Source: Methylocystis sp. (GTDB lineage Bacteria; Pseudomonadota; Alphaproteobacteria; Rhizobiales; Beijerinckiaceae). Taken from it: 64,000 bases of DNA. A program made the translations under genes and the position numbers. Numbering within the stretch: position 1 is the stretch's first letter; each line of letters starts with the position of its first letter. The DNA is taken from assembly GCA_021731565.1 (NCBI GenBank), contig JAKFXD010000098.1, positions 2,672 through 66,671 of the forward strand. The letters are read 5' to 3'. Below the pieces are notes generated by a model that searched no databases, was not told where the DNA came from, and was given only the letters and a program-made list of their open reading frames with translations. Shown piece by piece: positions 11,239 to 21,681 of this stretch.

Positions 11239-13767
11239 CTAATCCCCGAATTCCGCAGACAGGGGTTCGATGGTAATCTTCGCCGTCCCTTGATTATTGC
11301 CATAGGTATGGCGCGGATCCCTGTCGGGATTTGGATCCTGCCCAAAGAGCGTCGTGAGTGGAAGGAACCCGGAATAGGCGTCGTTGACGTAAAGGAAGAG
11401 TTCGCCGGCGACGGGAGCTTTGAACCGCACGGTCATTTCCTCCTTGAGCGATCCTTTCGGGAAGGGGACGAAAGGTTGTCCCGGCACGATTGCGAAGCCC
11501 TCTCGGCCAATTTGCAGGATTGGCTCCACCCACGGCTCGCCGAGCACCCGTTTGATGGTGAGCCCCGCAAGGAAAAACTCAATTTTTTGGCCGAGCGAAA
11601 CTTCGTTGCGCTTCAGGCCGCCGAGGTTGGCCGCCAGGCCGCCGTCCGTCCATTCCTTATCGATTTTGAATGTCACGGCGTAGAAGCGGCCCTTTTCCAA
11701 TATGCGGCCGGTCGCCATGCAAGGACTTGCGATGGAGAATTCGAAGCTCTCTTCGCGTGACAGGCTTTCGGCCATAGGGGAGCTTTTACATATTTCGCCC
11801 TGATAGGCGCGGTAGTGAAAATAGAGCCGATCGAAAAAGAAGAAGGCCGCGAAAACGGCGACAACAAACAGGAAACTTGGCATCGCTGTTTCGGAGACGA
11901 AACGCCAGATCCGATTGGCAAGCTTGCAATCCAACAGGAATATGGCGATCGGGTCCCAAAACAGGCGGCCCTGCAGGCTCTGCGACGGTCGCTCGGTCAT
12001 GCCCCATGCAAAGCGCGAGCGGTCGGCGATGATGCGCCTCAAATGCCCGCCCCACCAGAAGGTGACGCCGAAAATCGCAAGCAAGACGCCCGCGCAGATC
12101 GGATATTGCTCAAAAGCGCTGAGCCAGGGAGACAGAAATCCGGGAAGGTAGCCGGCGACGAAACCGATGATCGAATTGAATAGCTGCGCCGCGGGCCAAT
12201 TCGAGTCGCCATCCTGACGCTCCAGCAAGGGCATCAACAAGAGCACGATGAGCGACCAGAGCGTGAGCTGGTAGGAGACGCGCCGCCAAAAGACGGCGGC
12301 GTCGACGAGATCGAGATTTCTTTCGCTTGGCGCTTGGAGTTTGGCGACCAATTGCGCCAAGCCCGATATCTTGCTTTGCGAAGCGCCGACGCCGTCGGCG
12401 AATCGGCCTTCGCGCATCCGCGCGTCGGAGGCGAAATCGACGAACAGCTTCGACCGGCCGGTATTGTCCACGACCTGGAACTGCCGAGGCAAAGCGATCG
12501 GCGCATAACCCTCGAAGCGCAGCGCCATTCGATAGATGACGCTTTCATGGATCAGCGGCGTCGGCGGCGGCGCGGCGCGTGCGGTCGGGCTCATTTTGCC
12601 CTGCGCCAATGTGAGCTGACGCGCGCTCGTCAGAATTCCGGCGATATCGCGCGGCTTGTATCGATAAAGCGCGTTCAATCCGCTGCGGGAATCGTATATC
12701 TGTCCGAAGGCGGTGGCTTTCGCCTCGATGTCTTTCTTGATCGAATCGATAAAGACGACGCCGTGTTTCGCCGCCTCCTGCATGATCCAGCGCAGGGGCA
12801 GCATCGCTTCGCTGTCGTCGGGATAGCCGCCGCCGACATTCGCATGCACGCCGGCGAACCAGATCTGCTGGCTGCGCTCGCAGACTTCTTGATGCGCTCT
12901 GTCGTCCGCGTTCTCGCGACTCATTCCTTCGGCGACGAGACTCTCGATGATCGCATCGCGCTTGCACGATGCTTCATAGCGCGTCTCCGCATCGTCGAAA
13001 GGGATCGGCGTGAAAGCGTCGCGCTCGTCGTCGATCGAAAGGGCATGACGCGTGACGTGGACGATCGGCAGCAGGTCATAGCTGCTGAAGGTCAGCGGAA
13101 AGACGAATTTGTCGATAAAGACCCTCAGCTCCTCCACCGGCATGCCATAGGCGCCGACCGTGTCCCACAAGCCCAGGAAGTCGATCGCGTCGACATGGGT
13201 GTTCCTGTCTCGATCGTAAGGCGTCGAACCGCGATCGAGCACAGGAATCACGACCTCGTCGCGCAGCCAGCGCCAGATGTCTTCGATTCTAAGCAGGGTA
13301 TGAAAATGATCCGCCCGGAACTTCTGATAGGCGCGCTCGGCCAGCCTGTTGAGCTCTGCTTCGGAATCGGCGCCGAGCGGCAGGCCTTCCGAGGCCACAA
13401 GGCCGATAAGTACGCGGATGGTGAAGGCGCCCCGGCTGAAGCCAAAACATGCGATCTTCGGAGGATAAGTCTTTCCGTCGGTCGTTTCGCTGGGTGCGAT
13501 ATGCTGCGTCTCCAAAGTATCGCGGTAATGGCGGGTGAGAAATTTATAAAGGTCCAGCACATTGCGCTTGAGACCGAAGCCGAAGGCTCCCGTGACAGCC
13601 GCGAGCCAGCGATGCTGCGAAGAGCCGACGCCATCATCGTAATAGGCGATCTGGCCCTTGTCCGGCGTCATGTCGAGCGCGGCGTAGAGACGGAATACGT
13701 TGGTCTTGAATGGCGAGGCCGAACTATTGCCCGTCCCGTCCGAAAAAAGGACGATCGTCTTAAACAT
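11239..13767 (-). CDS. DUF2235 (Tle1-like) alpha/beta-hydrolase with C-terminal membrane region
   Basis: FSDGTGN, YDDGVG, GFSRGA nucleophile elbow, GLWDTV, HALSIDDER and WFAGVHANVGGGY, followed by about 3-4 TM segments and a soluble tail. Confidence 0.85.
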   Translation of the reverse strand: MFKTIVLFSDGTGNSSASPFKTNVFRLYAALDMTPDKGQIAYYDDGVGSSQHRWLAAVTGAFGFGLKRNVLDLYKFLTRHYRDTLETQHIAPSETTDGKTYPPKIACFGFSRGAFTIRVLIGLVASEGLPLGADSEAELNRLAERAYQKFRADHFHTLLRIEDIWRWLRDEVVIPVLDRGSTPYDRDRNTHVDAIDFLGLWDTVGAYGMPVEELRVFIDKFVFPLTFSSYDLLPIVHVTRHALSIDDERDAFTPIPFDDAETRYEASCKRDAIIESLVAEGMSRENADDRAHQEVCERSQQIWFAGVHANVGGGYPDDSEAMLPLRWIMQEAAKHGVVFIDSIKKDIEAKATAFGQIYDSRSGLNALYRYKPRDIAGILTSARQLTLAQGKMSPTARAAPPPTPLIHESVIYRMALRFEGYAPIALPRQFQVVDNTGRSKLFVDFASDARMREGRFADGVGASQSKISGLAQLVAKLQAPSERNLDLVDAAVFWRRVSYQLTLWSLIVLLLMPLLERQDGDSNWPAAQLFNSIIGFVAGYLPGFLSPWLSAFEQYPICAGVLLAIFGVTFWWGGHLRRIIADRSRFAWGMTERPSQSLQGRLFWDPIAIFLLDCKLANRIWRFVSETAMPSFLFVVAVFAAFFFFDRLYFHYRAYQGEICKSSPMAESLSREESFEFSIASPCMATGRILEKGRFYAVTFKIDKEWTDGGLAANLGGLKRNEVSLGQKIEFFLAGLTIKRVLGEPWVEPILQIGREGFAIVPGQPFVPFPKGSLKEEMTVRFKAPVAGELFLYVNDAYSGFLPLTTLFGQDPNPDRDPRHTYGNNQGTAKITIEPLSAEFGD

Positions 13768-13934
13768 TTTCCACTCCAAGAATTTGGCGCTTTAAACTAA
13801 AAGGGTACGCTCACAGCGGGACGAGAGGCAAGCGCGTTATGCCGGTTTGGCGCGAAATCCACCGCCAGCGGCGCACTTGAAACCGCCGTCCGGGTCGCCG
13901 ATCTTTGGCGGGCCAGTTGAAAGGCGGCAAGTCG

Positions 13935-14417
13935 ATGACCGAGCGCGATCCCTTTTCCAGCCGCGAACCGCCGATGAGCCGGGCCGGCGCGCGCGCCGCG
14001 CCGTATATTCCGCCGCAGGCGCTCGAAGGCGTGCGCAGCCGCCGCATCATGGCGGTCATGCTGGATTTGATCCTCGTTTCCGGCCTGTCGGCGGCGCTGT
14101 TCGTCGCGCTCCTGGTTTTGAGCGCTGGACTGTCGGCTTTCATCCTGCCGCCGCTGTTTCCGATCGTCGCCTTTTTTTACAATGGCCTGACCGTCTCGGG
14201 ACCGAGAATGGCGACGCCCGGAATGGCGTTCATGGACCTGGAGATGTGGACCATGGAGGGAAATCCCGTGCCGTTTCTGCAGGCGGCCGTTCACGCTGTG
14301 CTATTTTACGTCACCTGGCTGTTTCCGCCGCTGCTGCTCGTGTCGCTGTTTACGAGCGACAAGCGCTGCCTTCACGACATCCTCGCCGATGTGATCGTTT
14401 TGCGCCGCTCGTCTTGA
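13935..14417 (+). CDS. RDD family membrane protein
   Basis: [14 protein letters not shown] and [13 protein letters not shown]. Confidence 0.85.
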   Translation: MTERDPFSSREPPMSRAGARAAPYIPPQALEGVRSRRIMAVMLDLILVSGLSAALFVALLVLSAGLSAFILPPLFPIVAFFYNGLTVSGPRMATPGMAFMDLEMWTMEGNPVPFLQAAVHAVLFYVTWLFPPLLLVSLFTSDKRCLHDILADVIVLRRSS

Positions 14418-14503
14418 AATCTGCAAATTCGACGCCGCAAATCTGGCCTTGGCGCGCGCCGCCCGCGCGCTCTAGATTAATTTCGTATCCGGGATCACAG
14501 AGC

Positions 14504-15235
14504 GTGACGAAAGAGCCGCGCGACGCGCCGCAATTCTACCTGACCTCTCCTGCGCCGTGCCCCTATTTGCCGGGCCGCGAGGAGCGGAAGGTCTTCACGC
14601 ATCTGATCGGCCTCCGGGCGCCGGCGCTCAATGACACGCTCACGCAATCGGGCTTTCGCCGCTCGCAGACCATCGCCTATCGCCCGGCATGCGAGCAATG
14701 CCGAGCCTGCGTTTCGGTGCGGGTCAAGCTCGACGCGTTCGCGCCCTCCCGCGGCATGCGGCGCATCCGCCGGCGGAATGCCGATCTTGTCGCCGAAACC
14801 CGTCCGGCGCGCGCGACGCATGAGCAATACGCGCTGTTTCGCCGCTATGTCGGCGCCCGCCATTCCGACGGGGGCATGGCCGACATGAGCATGGTCGATT
14901 ATCAGATGATGATCGAAGACAGCCATGTCGACACGAGGCTCATCGAATATCGTCTCGCGCGCGCGAATGGCGAGATCGGGCCGCTCGTCGCCTGCTGCCT
15001 GACCGACCGGCTCTCGGATGGGCTGTCGATGGTCTATTCCTTCTACGAACCTGAACTGGAGCATCGCTCGCTGGGGGCGTTCATGATTCTCGATCATGCC
15101 GAGCGCGGCCGCGGCTTCGGCCTGCCGCATGTCTATCTCGGCTATTGGGTCGAAGGTTCGCGCAAGATGGAATATAAGTCCCGCTTCCTGCCCCAGGAGC
15201 GCCTGGGCATGAGCGGATGGGTCCGGGTGGGCTGA
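14504..15235 (+). CDS. bpt: Arginyl-tRNA-protein transferase family (Ate/Bpt)
   Basis: [36 protein letters not shown] and [18 protein letters not shown] start at 14504. Confidence 0.9.
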   Translation: MTKEPRDAPQFYLTSPAPCPYLPGREERKVFTHLIGLRAPALNDTLTQSGFRRSQTIAYRPACEQCRACVSVRVKLDAFAPSRGMRRIRRRNADLVAETRPARATHEQYALFRRYVGARHSDGGMADMSMVDYQMMIEDSHVDTRLIEYRLARANGEIGPLVACCLTDRLSDGLSMVYSFYEPELEHRSLGAFMILDHAERGRGFGLPHVYLGYWVEGSRKMEYKSRFLPQERLGMSGWVRVG

Positions 15236-15394
15236 GCCCGAAGCCCCCTCCGCGCCGCGCCGAGCGGCACAGGCCACAAATTCGCCGGACTATTCGGTCC
15301 TTGTTAAGCCCGAAGATGCACAACTCGATCGAAACGGTCGGCGCGATCCTCTAGACGCGTCGTCTTTCGGCTTGACCGCCGGGGCCTCCCGGCG

Positions 15395-16747
15395 ATGCGA
15401 TTGGAGCGATCTGTGCGAGAATCCGCATTTTTGCAGCTTGTCCGCGGCGCCGCGCTGATCGTCGGCGCAGTCGCCCTCGCGCCGGCCTGCGCCGCCCTGG
15501 AACAGGACGGACAGGCCGAATGGGCGCAGCGCTACGACGCCGACGCCCGTCTCACCGTGTCCCGCTCGACGACTCCGATACTTTCGACTCAGACGGTGGC
15601 CGCCACCGAAGCGGCGATCGAGCGCTTCCGCGAGATCGTCGCCAATGGCGGCTGGCCCCAGGTGCCGTCGGGCCAGCAGTTGCGCCTCGGCTCGAACGGT
15701 CCGACCGTCTCGGCCCTGCGCCGCCGGCTGATCGCCTCCGGCGACATCGGGCCCGAAACGGGCGGCAGCCCGGTGTTCGATTCCTATGTCGAGGCGGCGG
15801 TTCGCCGCTTCCAGGCCCGTCACGGGATCACCGCGACCGGAATCGTCAATCAGCAGACGATTCAGGCGATGAATGTCCCGGCCGAGACGAGGCTGCAGCA
15901 GCTCGAGACCAATCTTGTGCGTCTGCGCAGCTTCTCCCGCGACCTCGGCGCCCGCTACGTCACCGCCAATATTCCCGCCGCGACGGTGGAGACGGTGGAG
16001 AATGGCGAGGTCGTCACCCACCATGTCGCCGGCGTCGGCAAGATCGACCGCCAGTCGCCGGTGATGCAGACCAAGGCCATCCAGGTCAATTTCAATCCGT
16101 TCTGGACGGTGCCGGCCTCGGTGATCCGCAAGGATCTCATCCCCAAGATGCAGGCCGACCCTAACTACCTCAACGCCAATCACATCCGCGTCTACAACAA
16201 GGACAATCAGGAGCTGCAGCCCGAGCAGATCAACTGGCGCTCGCTCGACGCGCTCAATTTCAGGTTCCGCCAGGACATCGGCGGCGATTTCAACTCGCTC
16301 GGCGTGGTGCGCATCGACATCGCCAACCCCTATGGGGTCTATATGCATGATACGCCCGCGAAAGGCGTGTTCGGCGACGATTTCCGCTTCGTCTCCTCGG
16401 GCTGCATCCGGCTTCAGAATGTGCGCGATTATGTCGCCTGGCTGTTGAAGGAGACGCCGGGCTGGGACCGCGACCATATCGATCAGGTCATCGCCTCGGG
16501 CGAGCGCGTGGACGTCAAGATCACGCCGGCCGTTCCGGTCTATTGGGTCTATGTCACGGCGTGGGCGGCGCCGGACGGAATCACCCAGTTCCGCGACGAC
16601 ATCTATCAGCGCGATGGGCTCGGCCTGCGCGCCGCAGGCGCCGATTCTGCCGCGCCGACCGTCGTTCAGGCGGCGCGCCCGATCCCCGCCGACGGTTTGT
16701 ACCAGGGCGACGACGACAGCTATTTCGAGGAGCGTCCGCGGCGCTAG
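15395..16747 (+). CDS. L,D-transpeptidase with peptidoglycan-binding domain (YcbB-like)
   Basis: Signal peptide, PG-binding motif AVRRFQARHG, and catalytic YMHDTP...SSGCIRL. Confidence 0.92.
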   Translation: MRLERSVRESAFLQLVRGAALIVGAVALAPACAALEQDGQAEWAQRYDADARLTVSRSTTPILSTQTVAATEAAIERFREIVANGGWPQVPSGQQLRLGSNGPTVSALRRRLIASGDIGPETGGSPVFDSYVEAAVRRFQARHGITATGIVNQQTIQAMNVPAETRLQQLETNLVRLRSFSRDLGARYVTANIPAATVETVENGEVVTHHVAGVGKIDRQSPVMQTKAIQVNFNPFWTVPASVIRKDLIPKMQADPNYLNANHIRVYNKDNQELQPEQINWRSLDALNFRFRQDIGGDFNSLGVVRIDIANPYGVYMHDTPAKGVFGDDFRFVSSGCIRLQNVRDYVAWLLKETPGWDRDHIDQVIASGERVDVKITPAVPVYWVYVTAWAAPDGITQFRDDIYQRDGLGLRAAGADSAAPTVVQAARPIPADGLYQGDDDSYFEERPRR

Positions 16748-16756
16748 CGGCGGCGC

Positions 16757-17179
16757 CTATTGCCCCGCGGCGTCGCCGCGCGTCGCGCGCCAGGTGCCGC
16801 CGCAAAGGTCGGTCGACGACGACCATGCGCCGGAGCCCTTGCCGTTGCGCAGCGTGCCATGGAAGCGCACGACGCGTTCGCCTGCGCCTGTGAACCTCGC
16901 GACGATGGTTCCTTCTTCGTCGACATAGCCCCAGGCGGAGCCGGCAGGGCCGGGCGCGGCGGCGATCTTACCGTCGACGATGTCGAAGGACGGCGGGATC
17001 AGGAGCTGGCACTCGCCGACCGTCGTTGCGGCTTCGACGCTCCATCTGCCGCTTGTGTCGCCGACCGGCCCTGACAGCGTCTGCTCGTTCTCCGGCTTGG
17101 CCTTTTGGGCGTGCGGCTGTTTGGCGTATGCCCCCCCGGCCGTCACGCAGGCGGCAAGCGCCAACGCTAGAATCCTCAT
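16757..17179 (-). CDS. Small secreted hypothetical protein
   Basis: Signal peptide MRILALALAACVTAGGAYA and beta-rich GSGAW....CGGTWRA end. Start overlaps the upstream stop codon. Confidence 0.65.
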   Translation of the reverse strand: MRILALALAACVTAGGAYAKQPHAQKAKPENEQTLSGPVGDTSGRWSVEAATTVGECQLLIPPSFDIVDGKIAAAPGPAGSAWGYVDEEGTIVARFTGAGERVVRFHGTLRNGKGSGAWSSSTDLCGGTWRATRGDAAGQ

Positions 17180-19041
17180 TTGGCCTCCGAAAGCGCGCCT
17201 CGCAGCGCGCCATACATGTCGCAGCCGGCATAGATGAACGCGGTCACGCCGGCATGGCGCAGACGCTCCTCGAGTTCCCCCGGCCGGCCGGCGAGGTAGA
17301 GCTTGGCGCCCGCGCCCCTGAGCGCGAGCGCCGCCGTCTCCGCAGCGTCTCCATAGACCCTGTCGGATGAACAGATGCAAGCGAGTTTGGCGCCGGATTT
17401 CCGGTAGGCGTCGACGATTTCGGTCGCCGATTCGGCTTCCGAGCCGAACACGGCCTCGACGCCGCCGGCCTCGAAAAAATTCTTGGCGAAATTCGCCCGC
17501 GCCGTGAAGGCGGCGACCGAGCCGAGATTCGCCAGGAAAATCCTGGGTCGATGGCCCGCTGCGGCCAAATGAGCGTCGGACTCTTCGCGCAGCCGTTCGA
17601 ACGGTTCCGCGAGCCGATGCGGCGCGAGGGCGGCGCTCTCTGAGGCGCCGGCCGGCGATTCGACGGCTTCGGCAGAGGCGTCATAGGGCGCGAGAACCTC
17701 GAGCGCGCTCTCGTGAATGTCGGGAAACTGGTTCGCGCCGATCAGCTTGTCCTTGGCGCGGGCCACATTCTTCGCCCGCAGTTCCGCGGCCTCGGCGACG
17801 CGCGCCTGGAAGGCGCCGGTCTCCAGCGCCTTCGGAAGCCCGCCCTCGGCCTCGACCTGCTGAAACAGAGTCCACGCCCGCTGGCACAATTCGTCGGTCA
17901 GCGCCTCGAAGCCGCCGGCGCCATTGGTCGGATCGTCGACGGCGTCGATATGGGATTCGTCCTGCAACACGAGCTGGGTGTCGCGGGCGAGGCGTCGCGC
18001 GAATTCATCGGGGGCGCCCAACGCCTGGGTGAAGGGGAGAACCGAGATGGCGTCGGCGCCGCCGACCGCCGCCGAGAAGGCCGCCAGCGTCCCGCGCAGA
18101 ATATTGTTCCACGGGTCGCGCCGCGACATCATCCGCCAGGCTGTTTCCGCGAAAACCAATGTCGGCTTGGGATTGAGGCCGCAGGCCGCTTCGACCCGCG
18201 CCCAGAGGCGCCGCGCCGCCCGAAACTTGGCGACGCCTAGTAATTCGTCGGCGTCGGCGCTGAAACGGAAGGCGATCAGGCCGCGCGCCGCGTCGAGGTC
18301 GACTCCGGCCTCCGCCAACGCCCGCAGATAGGCGAGCGCCGAGGACAGCGCGAAGGCAAGTTCCTGCGACTCGGTCCCGCCGGCCGAATGCACGACGCGG
18401 GCGTCCGCCACCGCGGTCGCGTAGACGAAACCGGCGTCGGCGGCGGCCTTCACGTCTCGCGCGAAGCTCCTCGCGGCCTGTGCCCAGGGCTGCGCGGCGA
18501 ATCCGTGCCGCGCCTGCGCCCCGAGCGGGTCGAAGCCCATCGACACCCGGGTGATCGAGGGTTCGATATGCTGGCGGTCGATGAAACGTCTGAGCGCCTC
18601 GGCGGCGCCCGGCGCGCGCGGCGAATAGTCGAGCGTGACCGGAATGCCGTAGTCGAGCCGAACATTGGCGAGCAGATGGGCGACCGCGTCATCATCGTCG
18701 CCGACGAGCCCCCCGCCATAGGCGCCGATCGACCCGGCGAAGACGAGATGCAGCCCGTCGGCGCCGCCATCAAGATCCTGCAGCGCCAGGCGATTGGCGG
18801 CGTCGGCGTCGGCGAGGTCGAGGCGCGCGAGAATCGCCCAGCGCCCGGGATTCTTGCGCAGAGCCGGGACGGGCGATTCTGCGGCGTGGCCGTAGAGCGG
18901 CGCGATGGTCAGACCGTCATAGGTCTTGGAGACCAGCGTTTCAAAGGACGCGCCTTTGAGCGCGCGCTCGACGAGGGCGCGCCATTGGGCGTCCGTGCCC
19001 TGTGGAAAGGCGCCCGTCAAAGCCGTCTCCTGTCCCGTCAT
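17176..19041 (-). CDS. mutA: Methylmalonyl-CoA mutase small (non-catalytic) subunit
   Basis: TYDGLTIAPLY, AKFRAARRLW, DPWNNILRGT and GANQFP. The B12 domain lacks DxHxxG (reads FTARANFAKNFF), as in small subunits. Confidence 0.88.
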   Translation of the reverse strand: MTGQETALTGAFPQGTDAQWRALVERALKGASFETLVSKTYDGLTIAPLYGHAAESPVPALRKNPGRWAILARLDLADADAANRLALQDLDGGADGLHLVFAGSIGAYGGGLVGDDDDAVAHLLANVRLDYGIPVTLDYSPRAPGAAEALRRFIDRQHIEPSITRVSMGFDPLGAQARHGFAAQPWAQAARSFARDVKAAADAGFVYATAVADARVVHSAGGTESQELAFALSSALAYLRALAEAGVDLDAARGLIAFRFSADADELLGVAKFRAARRLWARVEAACGLNPKPTLVFAETAWRMMSRRDPWNNILRGTLAAFSAAVGGADAISVLPFTQALGAPDEFARRLARDTQLVLQDESHIDAVDDPTNGAGGFEALTDELCQRAWTLFQQVEAEGGLPKALETGAFQARVAEAAELRAKNVARAKDKLIGANQFPDIHESALEVLAPYDASAEAVESPAGASESAALAPHRLAEPFERLREESDAHLAAAGHRPRIFLANLGSVAAFTARANFAKNFFEAGGVEAVFGSEAESATEIVDAYRKSGAKLACICSSDRVYGDAAETAALALRGAGAKLYLAGRPGELEERLRHAGVTAFIYAGCDMYGALRGALSEAK

Positions 19042-19341
19042 TTTCCCTGTCGCCCTCGGTTGTTTCGGGCGGCGTTTTCGCATGAACCCGTGCGGCGGGC
19101 CACTGCAAATCCGCCGACGGCGGAGCGGGCTTTATTTTCGGGGCCAAACGCCTTAACCAGTGCCGATCGCGCTTCGGCCGGATATGCGGCGCGTGGGGGC
19201 GGGGCGGAAAGCCGGGAGTCTAGGCGGGCGGTCCGGCCGCTCGGCCCGATCAAGAGGCGTCGGATCGGCGCGCCGCGTCAAGGCGCCGCGTGCGCGTCAA
19301 TTGTCGCCGAGGCGGCGAAGAAGCCTGAAACGGAGGGACTC

Positions 19342-19617
19342 GTGACAGACAATGTGCAGGACAAGAGCCAGCTCGTCGACGAGATCATCGAGGTGATCGC
19401 GGCGGAAGGCATGGTCGATCGAAGCAAGATCACTCCCGACGCGTCGATCGAGAGTCTCGATCTCAAATCCGTGGACATCGTCATGATTCTCACGGCGCTC
19501 GAAGAGAAGTTCAACGTTTATATCCCAATGGACGGGTCGCTGCAGGAAGCCAAGGACGTGAAGAGTTTGATCGAGGCGATCGCCGACCATATTCAGAAAG
19601 AGCGCGAGAAGCAGTAA
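19342..19617 (+). CDS. Acyl carrier protein (NodF-like)
   Basis: 91 aa acidic helical protein, ITPDASIESLDLKSVDIVMILTALEEKFNVYIP. GGAGG RBS before GTG. Abuts the ketosynthase gene. Confidence 0.85.
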   Translation: MTDNVQDKSQLVDEIIEVIAAEGMVDRSKITPDASIESLDLKSVDIVMILTALEEKFNVYIPMDGSLQEAKDVKSLIEAIADHIQKEREKQ

Positions 19618-20853
19618 ATGGCGTTCTCGCGAGCGCGCCCCGCGGGGCGCCGCGTCGTTATTTCCGGCATGGGCGCGGTCTGCGCCTCGGGCGTCGGCGC
19701 TCAAAAACTCTGGGAAGCGGCGCGCGACGGCGCCGGCCAGATTCGTCCGCTCAAAACCGAACGCCCTTACGACGGCCGCATCAAAATGGCCGCGCAGGTG
19801 CCCAATTTCGATCCGGCCGAACACATCGAAGCCAATGTCCTTCCCTTCTGCGATCCTTTTACGCAGTTCTGCATCGTTGCGGCCGACGAAGCGATGGCGC
19901 AGGCGGGGTTTAAGCGCAAGGACATCGCGGGGCCCGGAACGGCCGTCATCATCGGGTCCGGCATCGGCGGGATGACGACGATCGAGGACGGCATCTATCG
20001 CTATTATGTCGAGGGGACCCGTCCCGAAATGTTGAGCGTCCCCAAGCTCATTCCGAGCGCGGCGCCCGCGACGATCGGGATGCGCTTCTCCTGCCTCGGC
20101 CCGACGTTTGCGATCGGCAGCGCCTGCTCGTCGGCGACGCAGTCGATCGGTCTCGGCATGCAGATGATCCGACAAGGCCTCGTCGACAAGGCGATCGTCG
20201 GCGGCGCCGAAGCCTGCGTGATCAATGCGACGATCCGCGCCTGGGAGGGCCTGCGCGTGTTGACGCCGAGCCTGTGTCGCCCCTTCTCGAAGGGCCGCAA
20301 CGGCATGTCGCTGGGCGAAGGCGCCGCGGTCTTCATTCTCGAAACCGAGGACTCGGCGCGGGCGCGGGGCCACGAACCCTTATGCGAACTCGCGGGTTAT
20401 GGCACGACGAGCGACGCCAAGGACCCGGTGCGTCCCGATCTCGAAGGCGCGGCGAGTTCGATCGCTTTGGCGCTCGAAGACGCGGAAATGGCGCCGCAGG
20501 ACATTCACTATGTGAACGCGCATGGCACCGCCACTCACGCCAATGACATCACCGAGGCCGAAGCGATTTTGCGCGTCTTTGGCGACTATGGGCGCGCGGT
20601 GCCGGTGTCGTCGACCAAGCCCATTCACGGACATGCGCTCGGCGCCAGCGGCGGCCTGGAGCTGGTCGTCACCATCAAGGCGCTGCGCGAACAGATCGCG
20701 CCGCCGACCATCAATTTCCTGGAACGAGATCCCAAATGTCCGCTCGACGTTGTCCCCAACGCCGCGCGCAAGCATAAGATCGATGCGGCAATGTCGAATT
20801 CTTTCGCTTTCGGAGGGATCAACGCCGTGCTGATCGTTCGTCATGCCTCTTGA
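19618..20853 (+). CDS. Beta-ketoacyl-ACP synthase (FabF/NodE-like)
   Basis: RRVVISGMG, catalytic SACSS, NAHGTAT, KPIHGH and SNSFAFGG. Confidence 0.93.
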   Translation: MAFSRARPAGRRVVISGMGAVCASGVGAQKLWEAARDGAGQIRPLKTERPYDGRIKMAAQVPNFDPAEHIEANVLPFCDPFTQFCIVAADEAMAQAGFKRKDIAGPGTAVIIGSGIGGMTTIEDGIYRYYVEGTRPEMLSVPKLIPSAAPATIGMRFSCLGPTFAIGSACSSATQSIGLGMQMIRQGLVDKAIVGGAEACVINATIRAWEGLRVLTPSLCRPFSKGRNGMSLGEGAAVFILETEDSARARGHEPLCELAGYGTTSDAKDPVRPDLEGAASSIALALEDAEMAPQDIHYVNAHGTATHANDITEAEAILRVFGDYGRAVPVSSTKPIHGHALGASGGLELVVTIKALREQIAPPTINFLERDPKCPLDVVPNAARKHKIDAAMSNSFAFGGINAVLIVRHAS

Positions 20854-21238
20854 GCCGCCGCTCGCCCTCGGGCCTTTCCGCCTGCGCGTCGATCCGGCGC
20901 GCGCCGCGGCCTATGCGCGAGAAACGGGCGGCGACGGCGCCAGCGTGCCGCTCGCCTATCCCGCCGTCTGGCTCGCCGAGCCCTCGCTTTTCTCGGTGGT
21001 GAGCGACCTCTGCGCCGAACTCGACGTCGTGCCCGTGCATGAGTCGCAGAGCTTCTCCTATGATATGCCGCTCGTCGCCGGAGAGAGCTATGATTTGCGC
21101 GTCACCATGAGCCGCGAGGCAACCCCGCCGCGGCTGATCATGGCGGCGACCGTCGCGACGCCCGGCGGCGAAAGCTGCGCGCGATTCGAAACTTTGCTGC
21201 GGCTGGTGCCGCGCGCCGGATTAGGGAGCGCGTCATGA
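20843..21238 (+). CDS. Hotdog-fold protein (MaoC N-terminal / HadA-like partner subunit)
   Basis: AAAYARETG...VPLAYP...VHESQSFSYDMPL pattern of non-catalytic dehydratase partners. Overlaps both neighbours. Confidence 0.7.
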   Translation: MPLEPPLALGPFRLRVDPARAAAYARETGGDGASVPLAYPAVWLAEPSLFSVVSDLCAELDVVPVHESQSFSYDMPLVAGESYDLRVTMSREATPPRLIMAATVATPGGESCARFETLLRLVPRAGLGSAS

Positions 21239-21678
21239 GCGGCGGCGTCAAAGTCGGCGACACGCTGCCTGAAACGATCATCGGTCCCTTCGACGCGCCG
21301 TCGCTGGCGCGCTACGCCGAGGTTTCGGGCGACGCCAATCCCTTGCATCTCGACGATGCGGTGGCGGCGGCGATCGGATTCTCCGCGCCGCCGGTGCATG
21401 GCATGAAGCTCCTCGCTTTTTTTGAGCCGATGTTGAGAGCATGGCGCGGCGATCTCGTCATTTCTTCGCTTGCCGGAAAATTCGTGCAGCCAATCCTGCG
21501 CGGCGACACCGTCAGACTGTCGGGGCGCGTTCTGCGCGCGACCGAAAGCGAGATTTTCGTCCGACTGATCGCCTATGGCGCGGCGCGTGCGCCTGGAATT
21601 ATCGCCGAGGCGACTTTGCGTGTTCATCCTTCCCTTGCAGGCGAGGGTCGGGCGGCGAAGCCGTCCGTGGCGGGGTAA
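21235..21678 (+). CDS. MaoC-family (R)-hydroxyacyl dehydratase
   Basis: Hydratase-2 motif YAEVSGDANPLHLD...PVHGM. Confidence 0.9.
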   Translation: MSGGVKVGDTLPETIIGPFDAPSLARYAEVSGDANPLHLDDAVAAAIGFSAPPVHGMKLLAFFEPMLRAWRGDLVISSLAGKFVQPILRGDTVRLSGRVLRATESEIFVRLIAYGAARAPGIIAEATLRVHPSLAGEGRAAKPSVAG

Positions 21679-21681
21679 GGG

